From Escherichia coli (GTDB taxonomy: Bacteria > Pseudomonadota > Gammaproteobacteria > Enterobacterales > Enterobacteriaceae): 64,000 nt of DNA. Below, piece by piece: positions 1-15,175 of this stretch; the first letter of the stretch is position 1; each line of letters starts with the position of its first letter. Made by a program: the position numbers and the translations under genes. Below the pieces are notes generated by a model. The model ran no database searches, was not told the DNA's origin, and worked only from the letters and a program-made list of their open reading frames with translations. The stretch lies in NCBI RefSeq assembly GCF_003334355.1, contig NZ_QOWP01000001.1. One strand, 5' to 3'.

Positions 1-2
1 CT

Positions 3-854
3 TATTACCCCGTTACGATGTTCAGCCAGGTACGCACCCTCCCCCGTGGTTCTGCCGAAGCGCAATACTGCGAACTGGATGTGGTGCCAGGCGACCTGAA
101 CCGCTTTACGCTGACGGGATGCCTGCCACAACGTTCTGAGCCGCTCCCGTTGGCTTTTGCCGTGCAGGATGGAGCCAGCTATGCCGGTGCAATTCTGAAA
201 GATGAGTTAAAACAGGCGGGTATCACCTGGAGCGGAACACTGCTGCGCCAGACTCAGGTTAACGAACCTGGAACGGTAGTTGCCAGTAAACAGTCGGCCC
301 CGCTGCACGATCTGCTTAAGATTATGCTGAAAAAGTCGGACAACATGATCGCCGATACGGTTTTCCGCATGATAGGCCATGCGCGCTTCAATGTGCCTGG
401 AACATGGCGGGCCGGGTCGGACGCCGTGCGTCAGATCCTGCGCCAGCAAGCCGGTGTCGATATTGGAAACACCATTATTGCCGATGGTTCAGGGCTTTCG
501 CGGCATAACCTGATTGCCCCCGCCACCATGATGCAGGTGCTGCAATACATTGCCCAACACGACAATGAACTTAACTTTATCTCCATGCTGCCGCTGGCGG
601 GCTATGACGGCTCTTTGCAGTACCGTGCAGGTCTGCATCAGGCGGGCGTGGATGGAAAAGTCTCAGCGAAAACCGGTTCGTTGCAGGGGGTATATAACCT
701 GGCGGGATTCATTACCACAGCGAGCGGGCAACGAATGGCGTTTGTGCAATATCTTTCTGGCTATGCAGTAGAACCTGCGGATCAGCGTAATCGCCGTATT
801 CCGTTAGTGCGTTTTGAAAGCCGTTTGTATAAAGATATTTATCAGAACAATTAG
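3..854 (+). CDS. dacB: D-alanyl-D-alanine carboxypeptidase/endopeptidase PBP4, C-terminal part (5' end lies outside the window)
   Basis: Open frame runs from the window edge to TAG at 852-854; translation ends ...RFESRLYKDIYQNN, matching the remembered PBP4 C-terminus. Track ORF 18..854 is only the first in-frame Met. Confidence 0.9.
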   Translation, partial: YYPVTMFSQVRTLPRGSAEAQYCELDVVPGDLNRFTLTGCLPQRSEPLPLAFAVQDGASYAGAILKDELKQAGITWSGTLLRQTQVNEPGTVVASKQSAPLHDLLKIMLKKSDNMIADTVFRMIGHARFNVPGTWRAGSDAVRQILRQQAGVDIGNTIIADGSGLSRHNLIAPATMMQVLQYIAQHDNELNFISMLPLAGYDGSLQYRAGLHQAGVDGKVSAKTGSLQGVYNLAGFITTASGQRMAFVQYLSGYAVEPADQRNRRIPLVRFESRLYKDIYQNN

Positions 855-865
855 TCAAAAAGAAA

Positions 866-890
866 CCCCGGCACATGGCCGGGGCTTCAG
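866..890. terminator. GC-rich hairpin (ccccggc/gccgggg) between convergent dacB and obgE; T-run on the minus-strand side
   Basis: Inverted repeat aaaccccggcacatggccggggctt; reverse strand reads hairpin followed by tttcttttt. Confidence 0.5.
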
Positions 891-917
891 ATTATTGACA
901 AAGTGCGCTTTGTTTAT

Positions 918-1015
<98 letters not shown>

Positions 1016-1039
1016 TGATTTGGCGTTTATCATCAGTGA

Positions 1040-2227
<1,188 letters not shown>

Positions 2228-3193
2228 TCATTCGCCTGCGCGGGGTTGCGATACCACCGTTGTATGCTTACGTAATCCGCCCCAAATACGATGACCAATG
2301 GCGGAATACATCGCGCCCGCAACCACGACAAACGCACCGAGATAACCTAAAAGGTTTAACATCGGTCTGGCGAAGAAATCGGGCCAGGCCAGTGATAAAA
2401 GATCTGAAAAAAACAGCGTAAACAGTGGGGTGAGCGTGATGATCGCGCTCACCTGCGCTGCCTGCCAGCGAACCATCGCTTCCGCCAGGGCGCCATATCC
2501 TACCAATGTATTCAGTCCGCAAAAAATTAAACATGCGAGCTGCCAGTGGCTAAGCTGCGCTATCACTCCAGGCTTTGCCAGAGGGAAGAGCGCAATTGTA
2601 CATAAAGTGTACAGTAAAAACAGGATCTGCGGTGAGGCCAGCCGACGCAATAAAACCTTTTGCGCCACGCCATAACTCACCCAAACCGTCGCAGCACCGA
2701 CCCCAAAGATAACTCCCCAGGTGTAATCGGTGAGCTTTGTAAATATCTCGACCAGACTGGTGTTAAAAAACATCACCAGGCCGCTCAGGAGCATCAATGC
2801 CCCTACAACCTGAGTGCTGCGCATTTTCTCTTTCAGGATAAATACGCTGGCAACCATCATGCCAACTGGCGAGAGTTGCCCAATCACCTGCGAAGCGGTC
2901 GGACTCAGGTATTGCAAGGATGAGCTGAACAGGATGAAGTTCCCAAACAGCCCGGCGGTCGCCACTGCCAACAAAATCAACCAGCGTGGCTTACGAAACA
3001 CGCGTAATGGCGGCAACCTCTTCTTCACCGCAAGAATGGCACCCAGGCCAATACTCGCCATCAAGAAACGGTAAAACACGATTGTCGGAGGTTCCATCAC
3101 CTCCAGCACCTGCTTCATTGCGATTGGCAACGCCCCCCAGCAAATTGCTGTGGTGAGCGCCAAAAGAATGCCAATGCCTGCCTGCTGCTTCAT
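2228..3193 (-). CDS. yhbE: EamA/DMT-family inner membrane transporter
   Basis: 321-aa polytopic membrane ORF directly upstream of obgE, the position of yhbE in the rplU-rpmA-yhbE-obgE cluster. Confidence 0.85.
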   Translation of the reverse strand: MKQQAGIGILLALTTAICWGALPIAMKQVLEVMEPPTIVFYRFLMASIGLGAILAVKKRLPPLRVFRKPRWLILLAVATAGLFGNFILFSSSLQYLSPTASQVIGQLSPVGMMVASVFILKEKMRSTQVVGALMLLSGLVMFFNTSLVEIFTKLTDYTWGVIFGVGAATVWVSYGVAQKVLLRRLASPQILFLLYTLCTIALFPLAKPGVIAQLSHWQLACLIFCGLNTLVGYGALAEAMVRWQAAQVSAIITLTPLFTLFFSDLLSLAWPDFFARPMLNLLGYLGAFVVVAGAMYSAIGHRIWGGLRKHTTVVSQPRAGE

Positions 3194-3266
3194 ACCGTAT
3201 TCCCTGCAAAGCGCATTTGCGGATTAACGTCGCACCATGCTCATTTTTACCGGTTATCGAATGTAA

Positions 3267-3299
3267 AAAGCCCCGCAACGTGTTGCGGGGCTTTCATCC
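3267..3299 (-). terminator. Intrinsic terminator downstream of rpmA
   Basis: Hairpin aaagccccgcaacgtgttgcggggcttt; on the minus strand it is followed by TTTTTA. Confidence 0.65.
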
Positions 3300-3319
3300 G
3301 TTACCGGGACGCGAAAAAC

Positions 3320-3945
<626 letters not shown>

Positions 3946-4167
3946 TCAGAGTGCGCTATAAATATTCACAATAGGGCGCGAATATTACGCAAAACGCACG
4001 CCTTTGACAAGTGCTACAGTCAATACACGAAGAAAAAAAACACAACTTGTACGGTAACGTTTATCTGTGCCATTTTTTCAGTACAATCACCCTATATTCC
4101 TAACCATAAACCCTAAGTTGCCTTTGTTCACAGTAAGGTAATCGGGGCGAAAAGCCCGGCTTTTGCG

Positions 4168-5139
4168 ATGAATTTAGAAAAAATCAATGAGTTAACCGCG
4201 CAAGATATGGCGGGTGTTAATGCGGCAATCCTTGAGCAGCTTAATTCCGACGTCCAACTGATCAATCAGTTAGGCTATTACATCGTCAGCGGCGGCGGTA
4301 AACGTATTCGTCCGATGATTGCTGTACTGGCTGCACGAGCTGTTGGCTATGAGGGAAATGCGCATGTCACCATTGCTGCCTTGATCGAGTTTATCCACAC
4401 GGCGACTCTGCTACACGACGACGTTGTGGATGAATCAGATATGCGCAGGGGTAAAGCTACCGCCAACGCCGCATTTGGCAATGCCGCCAGCGTGCTGGTA
4501 GGCGATTTTATTTATACCCGCGCTTTCCAGATGATGACCAGCCTCGGTTCACTCAAAGTGCTGGAAGTCATGTCAGAAGCCGTAAACGTCATCGCAGAAG
4601 GTGAAGTTCTGCAACTGATGAATGTTAACGATCCGGACATCACTGAAGAAAACTACATGCGCGTTATCTATAGCAAAACCGCGCGTCTGTTTGAGGCTGC
4701 CGCGCAGTGTTCCGGAATTCTGGCTGGCTGTACGCCGGAGGAGGAGAAAGGCCTGCAGGATTATGGGCGCTATCTCGGCACTGCTTTCCAGTTGATCGAC
4801 GATTTACTCGATTACAATGCCGATGGCGAACAGTTAGGTAAAAACGTCGGCGACGATCTGAACGAAGGAAAACCGACGCTGCCGCTGCTGCATGCGATGC
4901 ATCATGGCACACCAGAACAGGCACAGATGATCCGTACCGCCATCGAACAGGGTAACGGTCGCCATCTTCTGGAACCGGTTCTGGAAGCAATGAACGCTTG
5001 TGGATCTCTTGAATGGACGCGTCAGCGCGCCGAGGAAGAAGCAGACAAAGCCATCGCAGCGTTACAGGTGCTCCCGGACACCCCTTGGCGAGAAGCACTC
5101 ATCGGCCTCGCGCACATCGCTGTTCAACGCGATCGTTAA
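4168..5139 (+). CDS. ispB: Octaprenyl diphosphate synthase
   Basis: 323-aa ORF with two polyprenyl synthase Asp-rich motifs (LLHDDVVDESDMRRG and FQLIDDLLDY). Confidence 0.95.
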   Translation: MNLEKINELTAQDMAGVNAAILEQLNSDVQLINQLGYYIVSGGGKRIRPMIAVLAARAVGYEGNAHVTIAALIEFIHTATLLHDDVVDESDMRRGKATANAAFGNAASVLVGDFIYTRAFQMMTSLGSLKVLEVMSEAVNVIAEGEVLQLMNVNDPDITEENYMRVIYSKTARLFEAAAQCSGILAGCTPEEEKGLQDYGRYLGTAFQLIDDLLDYNADGEQLGKNVGDDLNEGKPTLPLLHAMHHGTPEQAQMIRTAIEQGNGRHLLEPVLEAMNACGSLEWTRQRAEEEADKAIAALQVLPDTPWREALIGLAHIAVQRDR

Positions 5140-5367
5140 TCCCCTCCCCTCATCCCGCGCAGTGCGCGGGATGATTCCAGTAAACTCCATAAGAATACTT
5201 ATTCAGCGTAATAATGCACTGAAAAACCAGTGTATACATCTTTATATATTCTGAATATTCACACTCTTTACAGGAACTTTTTAGAGCAATCGGCCATCAG
5301 GAGTATAGTGATGCTCGACAGAAGAAGTGTTCTGAATGAAAGCGACTAACTTAAGGAGTGAGGAAAG

Positions 5368-5646
5368 ATGGAAAGTAATTTCATTGACTGGCATCCCGCT
5401 GACATCATTGCGGGTTTGCGCAAGAAGGGAACGTCAATGGCGGCGGAATCTCGCAGAAATGGTTTGAGTTCCTCAACGCTGGCGAATGCATTATCGCGCC
5501 CATGGCCGAAAGGAGAGATGATTATTGCGAAGGCCCTGGGAACTGACCCCTGGGTTATCTGGCCATCACGCTACCATGATCCGCAGACCCATGAGTTTAT
5601 CGACAGAACGCAGTTGATGCGTAGCTACACTAAACCGAAAAAATGA
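5368..5646 (+). CDS. sfsB: Ner-like DNA-binding regulator SfsB/Nlp
   Basis: 92-aa ORF MESNFIDWHPADIIAGLRKKGTSMAAESRRNGLSSSTLANAL..., the Ner/Nlp family. Confidence 0.9.
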   Translation: MESNFIDWHPADIIAGLRKKGTSMAAESRRNGLSSSTLANALSRPWPKGEMIIAKALGTDPWVIWPSRYHDPQTHEFIDRTQLMRSYTKPKK

Positions 5647-5693
5647 GTGGTCTGGCGGTAGCCCCGCGTACGGGGCTGCCAGCTTTCAGACGA

Positions 5694-6953
<1,260 letters not shown>

Positions 6954-7007
6954 TTAGTTTGTTCTCAGTTAACAATTCATATCCGCTACCGGCGAATCGC
7001 CCATAGC

Positions 7008-7262
7008 TCAAAAGCCGTTCAGTTTGCGATCGCGCGCCCACTCCGCAGGGGTATACGCTTTGATCGACACAGCATGAATGCGGTTATCCGCAATATATTC
7101 CATCAGCGGACCATAGACCGTCTGCTGTTTTTTAACCCGACTCATGCCGTCAAACAACTCACCCACGGCAATAACCTGAAAGTGGCTGCCATCGCCGGAA
7201 ACGTGGACTTCCTGGAGGGAGAGAGCGTTCATCAACACGCTCTGAATTTCATTATTTTCCAT
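7008..7262 (-). CDS. ibaG: BolA-family acid-stress protein IbaG (YrbA)
   Basis: Track ORF trimmed to [34 protein letters not shown]... (84 aa); lies immediately downstream of murA on the same strand. Confidence 0.9.
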
Positions 7263-7381
7263 GGGATCTTCAATCATCAGTTAATAAACCAGCGAAACAT
7301 CTTAGAGCAAAGTTGCGCTGGCATAAATAAGCAAAAAGCCTCGCTGATAAATCAGACAAGGCTCGACTTGCAGGCAGGTTT

Positions 7382-7414
7382 GCCGGACAGGCGGTTAACG
7401 CCATATCCGGCCTG
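7382..7414. repeat. Single REP (PU) element between mlaB and ibaG
   Basis: gccggacaggcggttaacgccatatccggcctg resembles the REP consensus. Confidence 0.6.
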
Positions 7415-7421
7415 AAAAAAT

Positions 7422-7714
7422 TTAACGAGGCAGAACATCAGCAGGCAAATTATACAATTTCGCCAGGGTATACACTTTGTCGTTTACCCCCTGAAGCGTC
7501 ACATTGTTGCCCTGCTTTTTCGCCAGATCGATAAGATGGAGCAGCAGTGCCAGTCCCCCCGTATCCACGCGGGAGACACGGCTAAGATCGATGCAGGTAA
7601 TCCCCTTCACCGCTTCCTCACGCATTTCCCAAAGCGGTAGCAAAACGTCCTGATCCAGCTCTCCGGATAACGCCAGCGTGTCACCCGTCTGCATCCAGCT
7701 CAGTGACTCGCTCA

Positions 7715-7715
<1 letters not shown>
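7422..7715 (-). CDS. mlaB: Mla phospholipid transport system STAS-domain protein
   Basis: Track ORF trimmed to MSESLSWMQTGDTLALSGELDQDVL... (97 aa); start overlaps the mlaC stop by 1 nt. Confidence 0.9.
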
Positions 7716-8368
<653 letters not shown>

Positions 8369-8920
8369 TTATTTCGTTGTACCCACAGGTTCAGTGGTTT
8401 CATTATTACCTGGCGCAGCAGCTGGCGCATCGCCACTATTCTTATTGTCATCGCCTTTACTACCGTAAAGGAACTGACCAATGAGATCTTCCAGCACCAT
8501 CGCAGACTTAGTGTCCTGAATTGTATCGCCATCCTTCAGGATAGCAGTCCCCAGTTCCGGGTCTTCAAAACCGACGTTTAATGCCAGATATTGTTCCCCC
8601 AGCAGGCCGGAAGTACGAATGCTCAGCGAACTGGTATCTGGAATGTGGTTATAACGTTGTTCAATTTCCAGCGTTACGCGCGGCAGATAGGTTTTCGGGT
8701 CCAGCGTAATATCCGCCACCCGACCCACAACAACGCCACCAATACTGACCGGAGAGCGCGCTTTCAGGCCGCCAATGTTATCGAACGTCGCATAAAGCGT
8801 GTAGGTCGGTTCAGTACGTATGGACGTCACGTTCGCCGCCTTCAGGCAAACAAACAGCGCCGCCAGCAGTGCTGCTAATAAAAAGATACCCACCCAAATT
8901 TCATTTTTTTTCGTTTGCAT
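8369..8920 (-). CDS. mlaD: Mla MCE-domain inner membrane protein
   Basis: Track ORF trimmed to MQTKKNEIWVGIFLLAALLAALFV... (183 aa) with one N-terminal TM segment and MCE domain. Confidence 0.93.
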   Translation of the reverse strand: MQTKKNEIWVGIFLLAALLAALFVCLKAANVTSIRTEPTYTLYATFDNIGGLKARSPVSIGGVVVGRVADITLDPKTYLPRVTLEIEQRYNHIPDTSSLSIRTSGLLGEQYLALNVGFEDPELGTAILKDGDTIQDTKSAMVLEDLIGQFLYGSKGDDNKNSGDAPAAAPGNNETTEPVGTTK

Positions 8921-8924
8921 GAAC

Positions 8925-10524
<1,600 letters not shown>

Positions 10525-10733
10525 AATTCACCCTTCGTCTTGCGTTGATTTTCTAAGCATGGCGCTCAATTTAACCTTGAACCCAACATATTTACAGAAT
10601 ATTACCCGCCGTGGTTAGCGAAAGCTGGCATTTGTTTTACTTTTTAGCCGCATAAAGTCAAAATTAAGAATCCGTTACGGCTTTCTGAAAATCTTCAGCG
10701 GACCGGCGAGTATACCTGAAGAAAGGACGTTAG

Positions 10734-11711
10734 ATGCTTTTAGCTACGGCACTGTTAATTGTTGGTTTACTTTTGGTCGTTTACAGTGCCGACCGCCTGG
10801 TTTTTGCCGCGTCTATTCTTTGCCGAACCTTTGGCATCCCGCCGCTGATCATCGGCATGACGGTGGTCAGTATTGGTACATCGTTACCAGAAGTCATCGT
10901 CTCGCTTGCCGCGTCTCTGCACGAACAACGCGATTTAGCCGTTGGTACAGCCCTCGGCTCAAACATTATCAATATATTGCTGATCCTCGGTCTGGCTGCG
11001 CTGGTTCGTCCTTTTACCGTCCATTCTGATGTTCTACGCCGTGAATTACCCTTAATGTTGTTGGTCAGCGTGGTGGCCGGTTCCGTACTCTATGACGGAC
11101 AACTTAGTCGCAGCGATGGTATCTTTCTCCTCTTTCTGGCTGTGCTATGGCTGCTGTTCATTGTTAAACTTGCACGTCAGGCTGAACGTCAGGGGACTGA
11201 CAGCCTGACCAGAGAGCAGCTTGCAGAGCTGCCGCGTGACGGCGGATTGCCCGTCGCGTTTTTATGGCTCGGCATTGCGCTTATCATCATGCCAGTGGCC
11301 ACGCGGATGGTGGTTGATAACGCCACGGTGCTGGCGAATTACTTTGCCATCAGCGAGTTGACGATGGGTCTGACGGCAATTGCTATCGGAACCAGCCTGC
11401 CGGAACTGGCAACCGCAATAGCGGGGGTTCGCAAAGGTGAAAACGACATTGCTGTCGGAAATATCATTGGCGCAAACATTTTTAATATTGTCATCGTGTT
11501 GGGTTTACCCGCGCTGATAACGCCAGGAGAGATTGATCCACTGGCGTACAGTCGTGACTACAGCGTGATGTTGCTGGTGAGCATTATTTTTGCGTTGCTG
11601 TGCTGGCGGCGCTCCCCGCAACCGGGCCGTGGTGTAGGGGTATTATTAACTGGCGGATTTATCGTATGGCTGGCGATGTTGTACTGGTTATCGCCAATAC
11701 TCGTTGAATAA
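10734..11711 (+). CDS. yrbG: Inner membrane cation/Ca2+ exchanger-family protein
   Basis: 325-aa polytopic ORF with duplicated GTSLPE motifs typical of the CaCA family; divergent from mlaF. Confidence 0.9.
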   Translation: MLLATALLIVGLLLVVYSADRLVFAASILCRTFGIPPLIIGMTVVSIGTSLPEVIVSLAASLHEQRDLAVGTALGSNIINILLILGLAALVRPFTVHSDVLRRELPLMLLVSVVAGSVLYDGQLSRSDGIFLLFLAVLWLLFIVKLARQAERQGTDSLTREQLAELPRDGGLPVAFLWLGIALIIMPVATRMVVDNATVLANYFAISELTMGLTAIAIGTSLPELATAIAGVRKGENDIAVGNIIGANIFNIVIVLGLPALITPGEIDPLAYSRDYSVMLLVSIIFALLCWRRSPQPGRGVGVLLTGGFIVWLAMLYWLSPILVE

Positions 11712-11724
11712 CTGGAAACGCATT

Positions 11725-12711
11725 ATGTCGCACGTAGAGTTACAACCGGGTTTTGACTTTCAGCAAGCAGGTAAAGAAGTCCTGGCGATTGAACGTGAAT
11801 GCCTGGCGGAGCTTGATCAATACATCAATCAGAATTTCACGCTTGCCTGTGAAAAGATGTTCTGGTGTAAAGGGAAAGTTGTCGTCATGGGGATGGGAAA
11901 ATCGGGGCATATTGGGCGAAAAATGGCGGCAACGTTTGCCAGCACCGGTACACCTTCATTTTTCGTCCATCCTGGTGAAGCCGCGCATGGTGATTTAGGC
12001 ATGGTTACCCCACAGGATGTGGTGATTGCTATCTCTAACTCTGGTGAATCCAGCGAAATCACGGCCTTAATTCCAGTGCTTAAGCGTCTTCACGTACCGT
12101 TAATCTGCATCACCGGTCGCCCGGAGAGCAGCATGGCGCGCGCCGCAGATGTGCATCTGTGTGTTAAAGTAGCGAAAGAAGCCTGTCCGTTAGGGCTGGC
12201 ACCGACCAGCAGCACCACCGCCACGCTGGTTATGGGCGATGCCCTCGCTGTCGCGCTGTTAAAAGCACGCGGCTTTACTGCTGAAGATTTTGCGCTCTCA
12301 CACCCAGGCGGCGCACTGGGTCGTAAACTTCTGCTGCGCGTAAACGATATTATGCATACGGGCGATGAGATCCCGCATGTTAAGAAAACGGCCAGTCTGC
12401 GTGACGCATTGCTGGAAGTTACCCGCAAAAATCTTGGTATGACTGTCATTTGCGATGACAATATGATGATTGAAGGCATCTTTACCGACGGTGATTTACG
12501 CCGTGTCTTCGATATGGGCGTGGATGTTCGTCAGTTAAGTATTGCCGATGTGATGACGCCGGGGGGAATACGTGTGCGCCCTGGCATTCTGGCCGTTGAG
12601 GCACTGAACTTAATGCAGTCCCGCCATATCACCTCCGTGATGGTTGCCGATGGCGACCATTTACTCGGTGTGTTACATATGCATGATTTACTGCGTGCAG
12701 GCGTAGTGTAA
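11725..12711 (+). CDS. kdsD: D-arabinose 5-phosphate isomerase (SIS plus CBS domains)
   Basis: Track ORF trimmed to MSHVELQPGFDFQQAGKEVLAIERE... (328 aa). Confidence 0.93.
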   Translation: MSHVELQPGFDFQQAGKEVLAIERECLAELDQYINQNFTLACEKMFWCKGKVVVMGMGKSGHIGRKMAATFASTGTPSFFVHPGEAAHGDLGMVTPQDVVIAISNSGESSEITALIPVLKRLHVPLICITGRPESSMARAADVHLCVKVAKEACPLGLAPTSSTTATLVMGDALAVALLKARGFTAEDFALSHPGGALGRKLLLRVNDIMHTGDEIPHVKKTASLRDALLEVTRKNLGMTVICDDNMMIEGIFTDGDLRRVFDMGVDVRQLSIADVMTPGGIRVRPGILAVEALNLMQSRHITSVMVADGDHLLGVLHMHDLLRAGVV

Positions 12712-12731
12712 AGATTCAAGGATAAACAACA

Positions 12732-13298
12732 ATGAGCAAAGCAGGTGCGTCGCTTGCGACCTGTTACGGCCCTGTCAGCGCCGACGTTATGGCAAAAGCA
12801 GAGAACATTCGTCTGCTGATCCTCGACGTTGATGGCGTACTGTCAGATGGCCTGATTTATATGGGCAATAACGGCGAAGAGCTGAAAGCGTTCAATGTTC
12901 GTGACGGTTATGGCATTCGTTGTGCGCTCACCTCTGATATTGAAGTCGCTATCATTACCGGGCGAAAGGCTAAACTGGTAGAAGATCGTTGTGCCACATT
13001 GGGGATCACTCACTTGTATCAGGGGCAGTCAAACAAACTGATCGCCTTTAGCGATCTGCTGGAAAAACTGGCGATTGCCCCGGAAAATGTGGCTTATGTC
13101 GGCGATGATCTCATCGACTGGCCGGTAATGGAAAAAGTGGGTTTAAGCGTCGCCGTGGCCGATGCGCATCCACTGTTGATCCCGCGCGCCGATTACGTGA
13201 CGCGCATTGCTGGCGGTCGTGGCGCAGTGCGCGAAGTTTGCGACTTATTACTCCTGGCGCAGGGCAAACTGGATGAAGCCAAAGGGCAATCGATATGA
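12732..13298 (+). CDS. kdsC: KDO 8-phosphate phosphatase
   Basis: 188-aa HAD-family ORF with LLILDVDGVLSDG motif. Confidence 0.93.
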   Translation: MSKAGASLATCYGPVSADVMAKAENIRLLILDVDGVLSDGLIYMGNNGEELKAFNVRDGYGIRCALTSDIEVAIITGRKAKLVEDRCATLGITHLYQGQSNKLIAFSDLLEKLAIAPENVAYVGDDLIDWPVMEKVGLSVAVADAHPLLIPRADYVTRIAGGRGAVREVCDLLLLAQGKLDEAKGQSI

Positions 13299-13870
13299 GT
13301 AAAGCCAGACGTTGGGTTACCATTGTGCTATCACTGGCGGTTCTGGTGATGATCGGCATTAATATGGCCGAAAAAGACGATACCGCCCAGGTGGTCGTCA
13401 ACAACAATGATCCCACCTATAAAAGCGAGCATACGGACACGCTCGTCTATAACCCAGAAGGGGCACTAAGCTATCGATTGATTGCTCAACACGTTGAATA
13501 TTATTCCGATCAGGCCGTTTCGTGGTTTACGCAGCCGGTACTTACCACGTTTGATAAGGATAAAATCCCGACATGGTCCGTAAAAGCAGATAAAGCCAAG
13601 CTGACCAATGACCGGATGCTCTATTTATATGGACACGTTGAAGTCAACGCACTTGTGCCGGACTCTCAACTTCGCAGAATCACGACGGATAACGCGCAGA
13701 TCAATCTGGTGACGCAGGATGTTACCTCTGAAGACCTCGTCACGTTATACGGAACAACATTTAACTCCAGCGGTCTGAAAATGCGCGGCAACTTACGCAG
13801 CAAGAACGCCGAGCTGATTGAAAAGGTTAGAACATCCTATGAAATTCAAAACAAACAAACTCAGCCTTAA
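13295..13870 (+). CDS. lptC: LPS export inner-membrane-anchored protein LptC
   Basis: 191-aa ORF MSKARRWVTIVLSLAVLVMIGINMAEKDD...; start overlaps kdsC stop (ATGA). Confidence 0.93.
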   Translation: MSKARRWVTIVLSLAVLVMIGINMAEKDDTAQVVVNNNDPTYKSEHTDTLVYNPEGALSYRLIAQHVEYYSDQAVSWFTQPVLTTFDKDKIPTWSVKADKAKLTNDRMLYLYGHVEVNALVPDSQLRRITTDNAQINLVTQDVTSEDLVTLYGTTFNSSGLKMRGNLRSKNAELIEKVRTSYEIQNKQTQP

Positions 13871-14396
13871 TCTTGTGCTTGCCAGCTCACTTCTGGCCGC
13901 CAGCATTCCGGCATTTGCCGTAACCGGAGACACTGATCAGCCGATCCACATTGAATCGGACCAGCAATCTCTTGATATGCAAGGCAACGTGGTTACCTTT
14001 ACCGGTAATGTCATCGTCACCCAGGGCACCATCAAAATTAATGCCGACAAAGTGGTCGTTACCCGTCCGGGCGGCGAACAAGGTAAAGAAGTGATTGACG
14101 GCTACGGTAAACCGGCAACGTTCTACCAGATGCAGGACAACGGTAAACCCGTTGAAGGTCACGCTTCCCAGATGCACTACGAACTGGCAAAAGATTTTGT
14201 CGTTCTGACGGGTAATGCTTATCTGCAGCAGGTCGATAGCAACATTAAGGGCGATAAGATCACTTACCTGGTGAAAGAGCAGAAAATGCAGGCTTTCAGC
14301 GACAAAGGCAAGCGCGTAACCACCGTTCTGGTGCCGTCGCAGCTGCAGGATAAAAACAACAAAGGCCAGACCCCGGCACAGAAGAAGGGTAATTAA
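13839..14396 (+). CDS. lptA: LPS export periplasmic protein LptA
   Basis: Track ORF trimmed to MKFKTNKLSLNLVLASSLLAASIPAFA... (185 aa) with signal peptide. Confidence 0.93.
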   Translation: MKFKTNKLSLNLVLASSLLAASIPAFAVTGDTDQPIHIESDQQSLDMQGNVVTFTGNVIVTQGTIKINADKVVVTRPGGEQGKEVIDGYGKPATFYQMQDNGKPVEGHASQMHYELAKDFVVLTGNAYLQQVDSNIKGDKITYLVKEQKMQAFSDKGKRVTTVLVPSQLQDKNNKGQTPAQKKGN

Positions 14397-14402
14397 TTCG
14401 TT

Positions 14403-15128
14403 ATGGCAACATTAACTGCAAAGAACCTTGCAAAAGCCTATAAAGGCCGTCGCGTGGTAGAAGACGTCAGCCTGACCGTCAACTCCGGGGAAATCGTCGG
14501 TCTGCTGGGGCCAAACGGTGCCGGTAAGACCACCACTTTCTACATGGTTGTAGGCATTGTGCCGCGCGATGCGGGCAACATCATTATTGATGATGACGAT
14601 ATCAGTCTGCTGCCACTGCATGCACGCGCGCGCCGCGGTATCGGCTATCTGCCACAGGAAGCCTCCATTTTCCGTCGCCTCAGCGTTTACGATAACCTGA
14701 TGGCGGTACTGCAAATTCGTGACGACTTGTCTGCTGAACAACGTGAAGACCGCGCGAACGAGCTGATGGAAGAGTTTCACATTGAGCACCTGCGTGACAG
14801 CATGGGGCAGTCACTCTCCGGGGGTGAACGTCGCCGTGTAGAAATTGCCCGCGCACTGGCTGCGAATCCGAAATTTATTCTGCTCGACGAACCGTTTGCC
14901 GGGGTTGACCCGATCTCGGTTATCGACATTAAACGCATCATTGAGCACCTGCGCGACAGCGGCCTGGGCGTGCTGATCACTGACCACAACGTGCGTGAAA
15001 CACTGGCGGTTTGTGAACGCGCTTATATCGTCAGTCAGGGGCATTTGATCGCCCACGGCACGCCTACAGAAATCTTACAAGACGAACACGTTAAGCGTGT
15101 ATACCTTGGGGAAGACTTCAGACTCTGA
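14403..15128 (+). CDS. lptB: LPS export ABC transporter ATPase LptB
   Basis: 241-aa ORF with Walker [10 protein letters not shown], signature [14 protein letters not shown], Walker B ILLDEP. Confidence 0.96.
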
Positions 15129-15175
15129 TAGGGTAGAAGTTTGCGACGTTTTAGCAGGAGAGTACGATTCTGAAC

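Noticed and set aside
5151-5173. Hairpin after ispB (catcccgcgcagtgcgcgggatg) as an intrinsic terminator
   Set aside because: Stable stem but no downstream T-run; could be a rho-dependent or processing structure, so not called.
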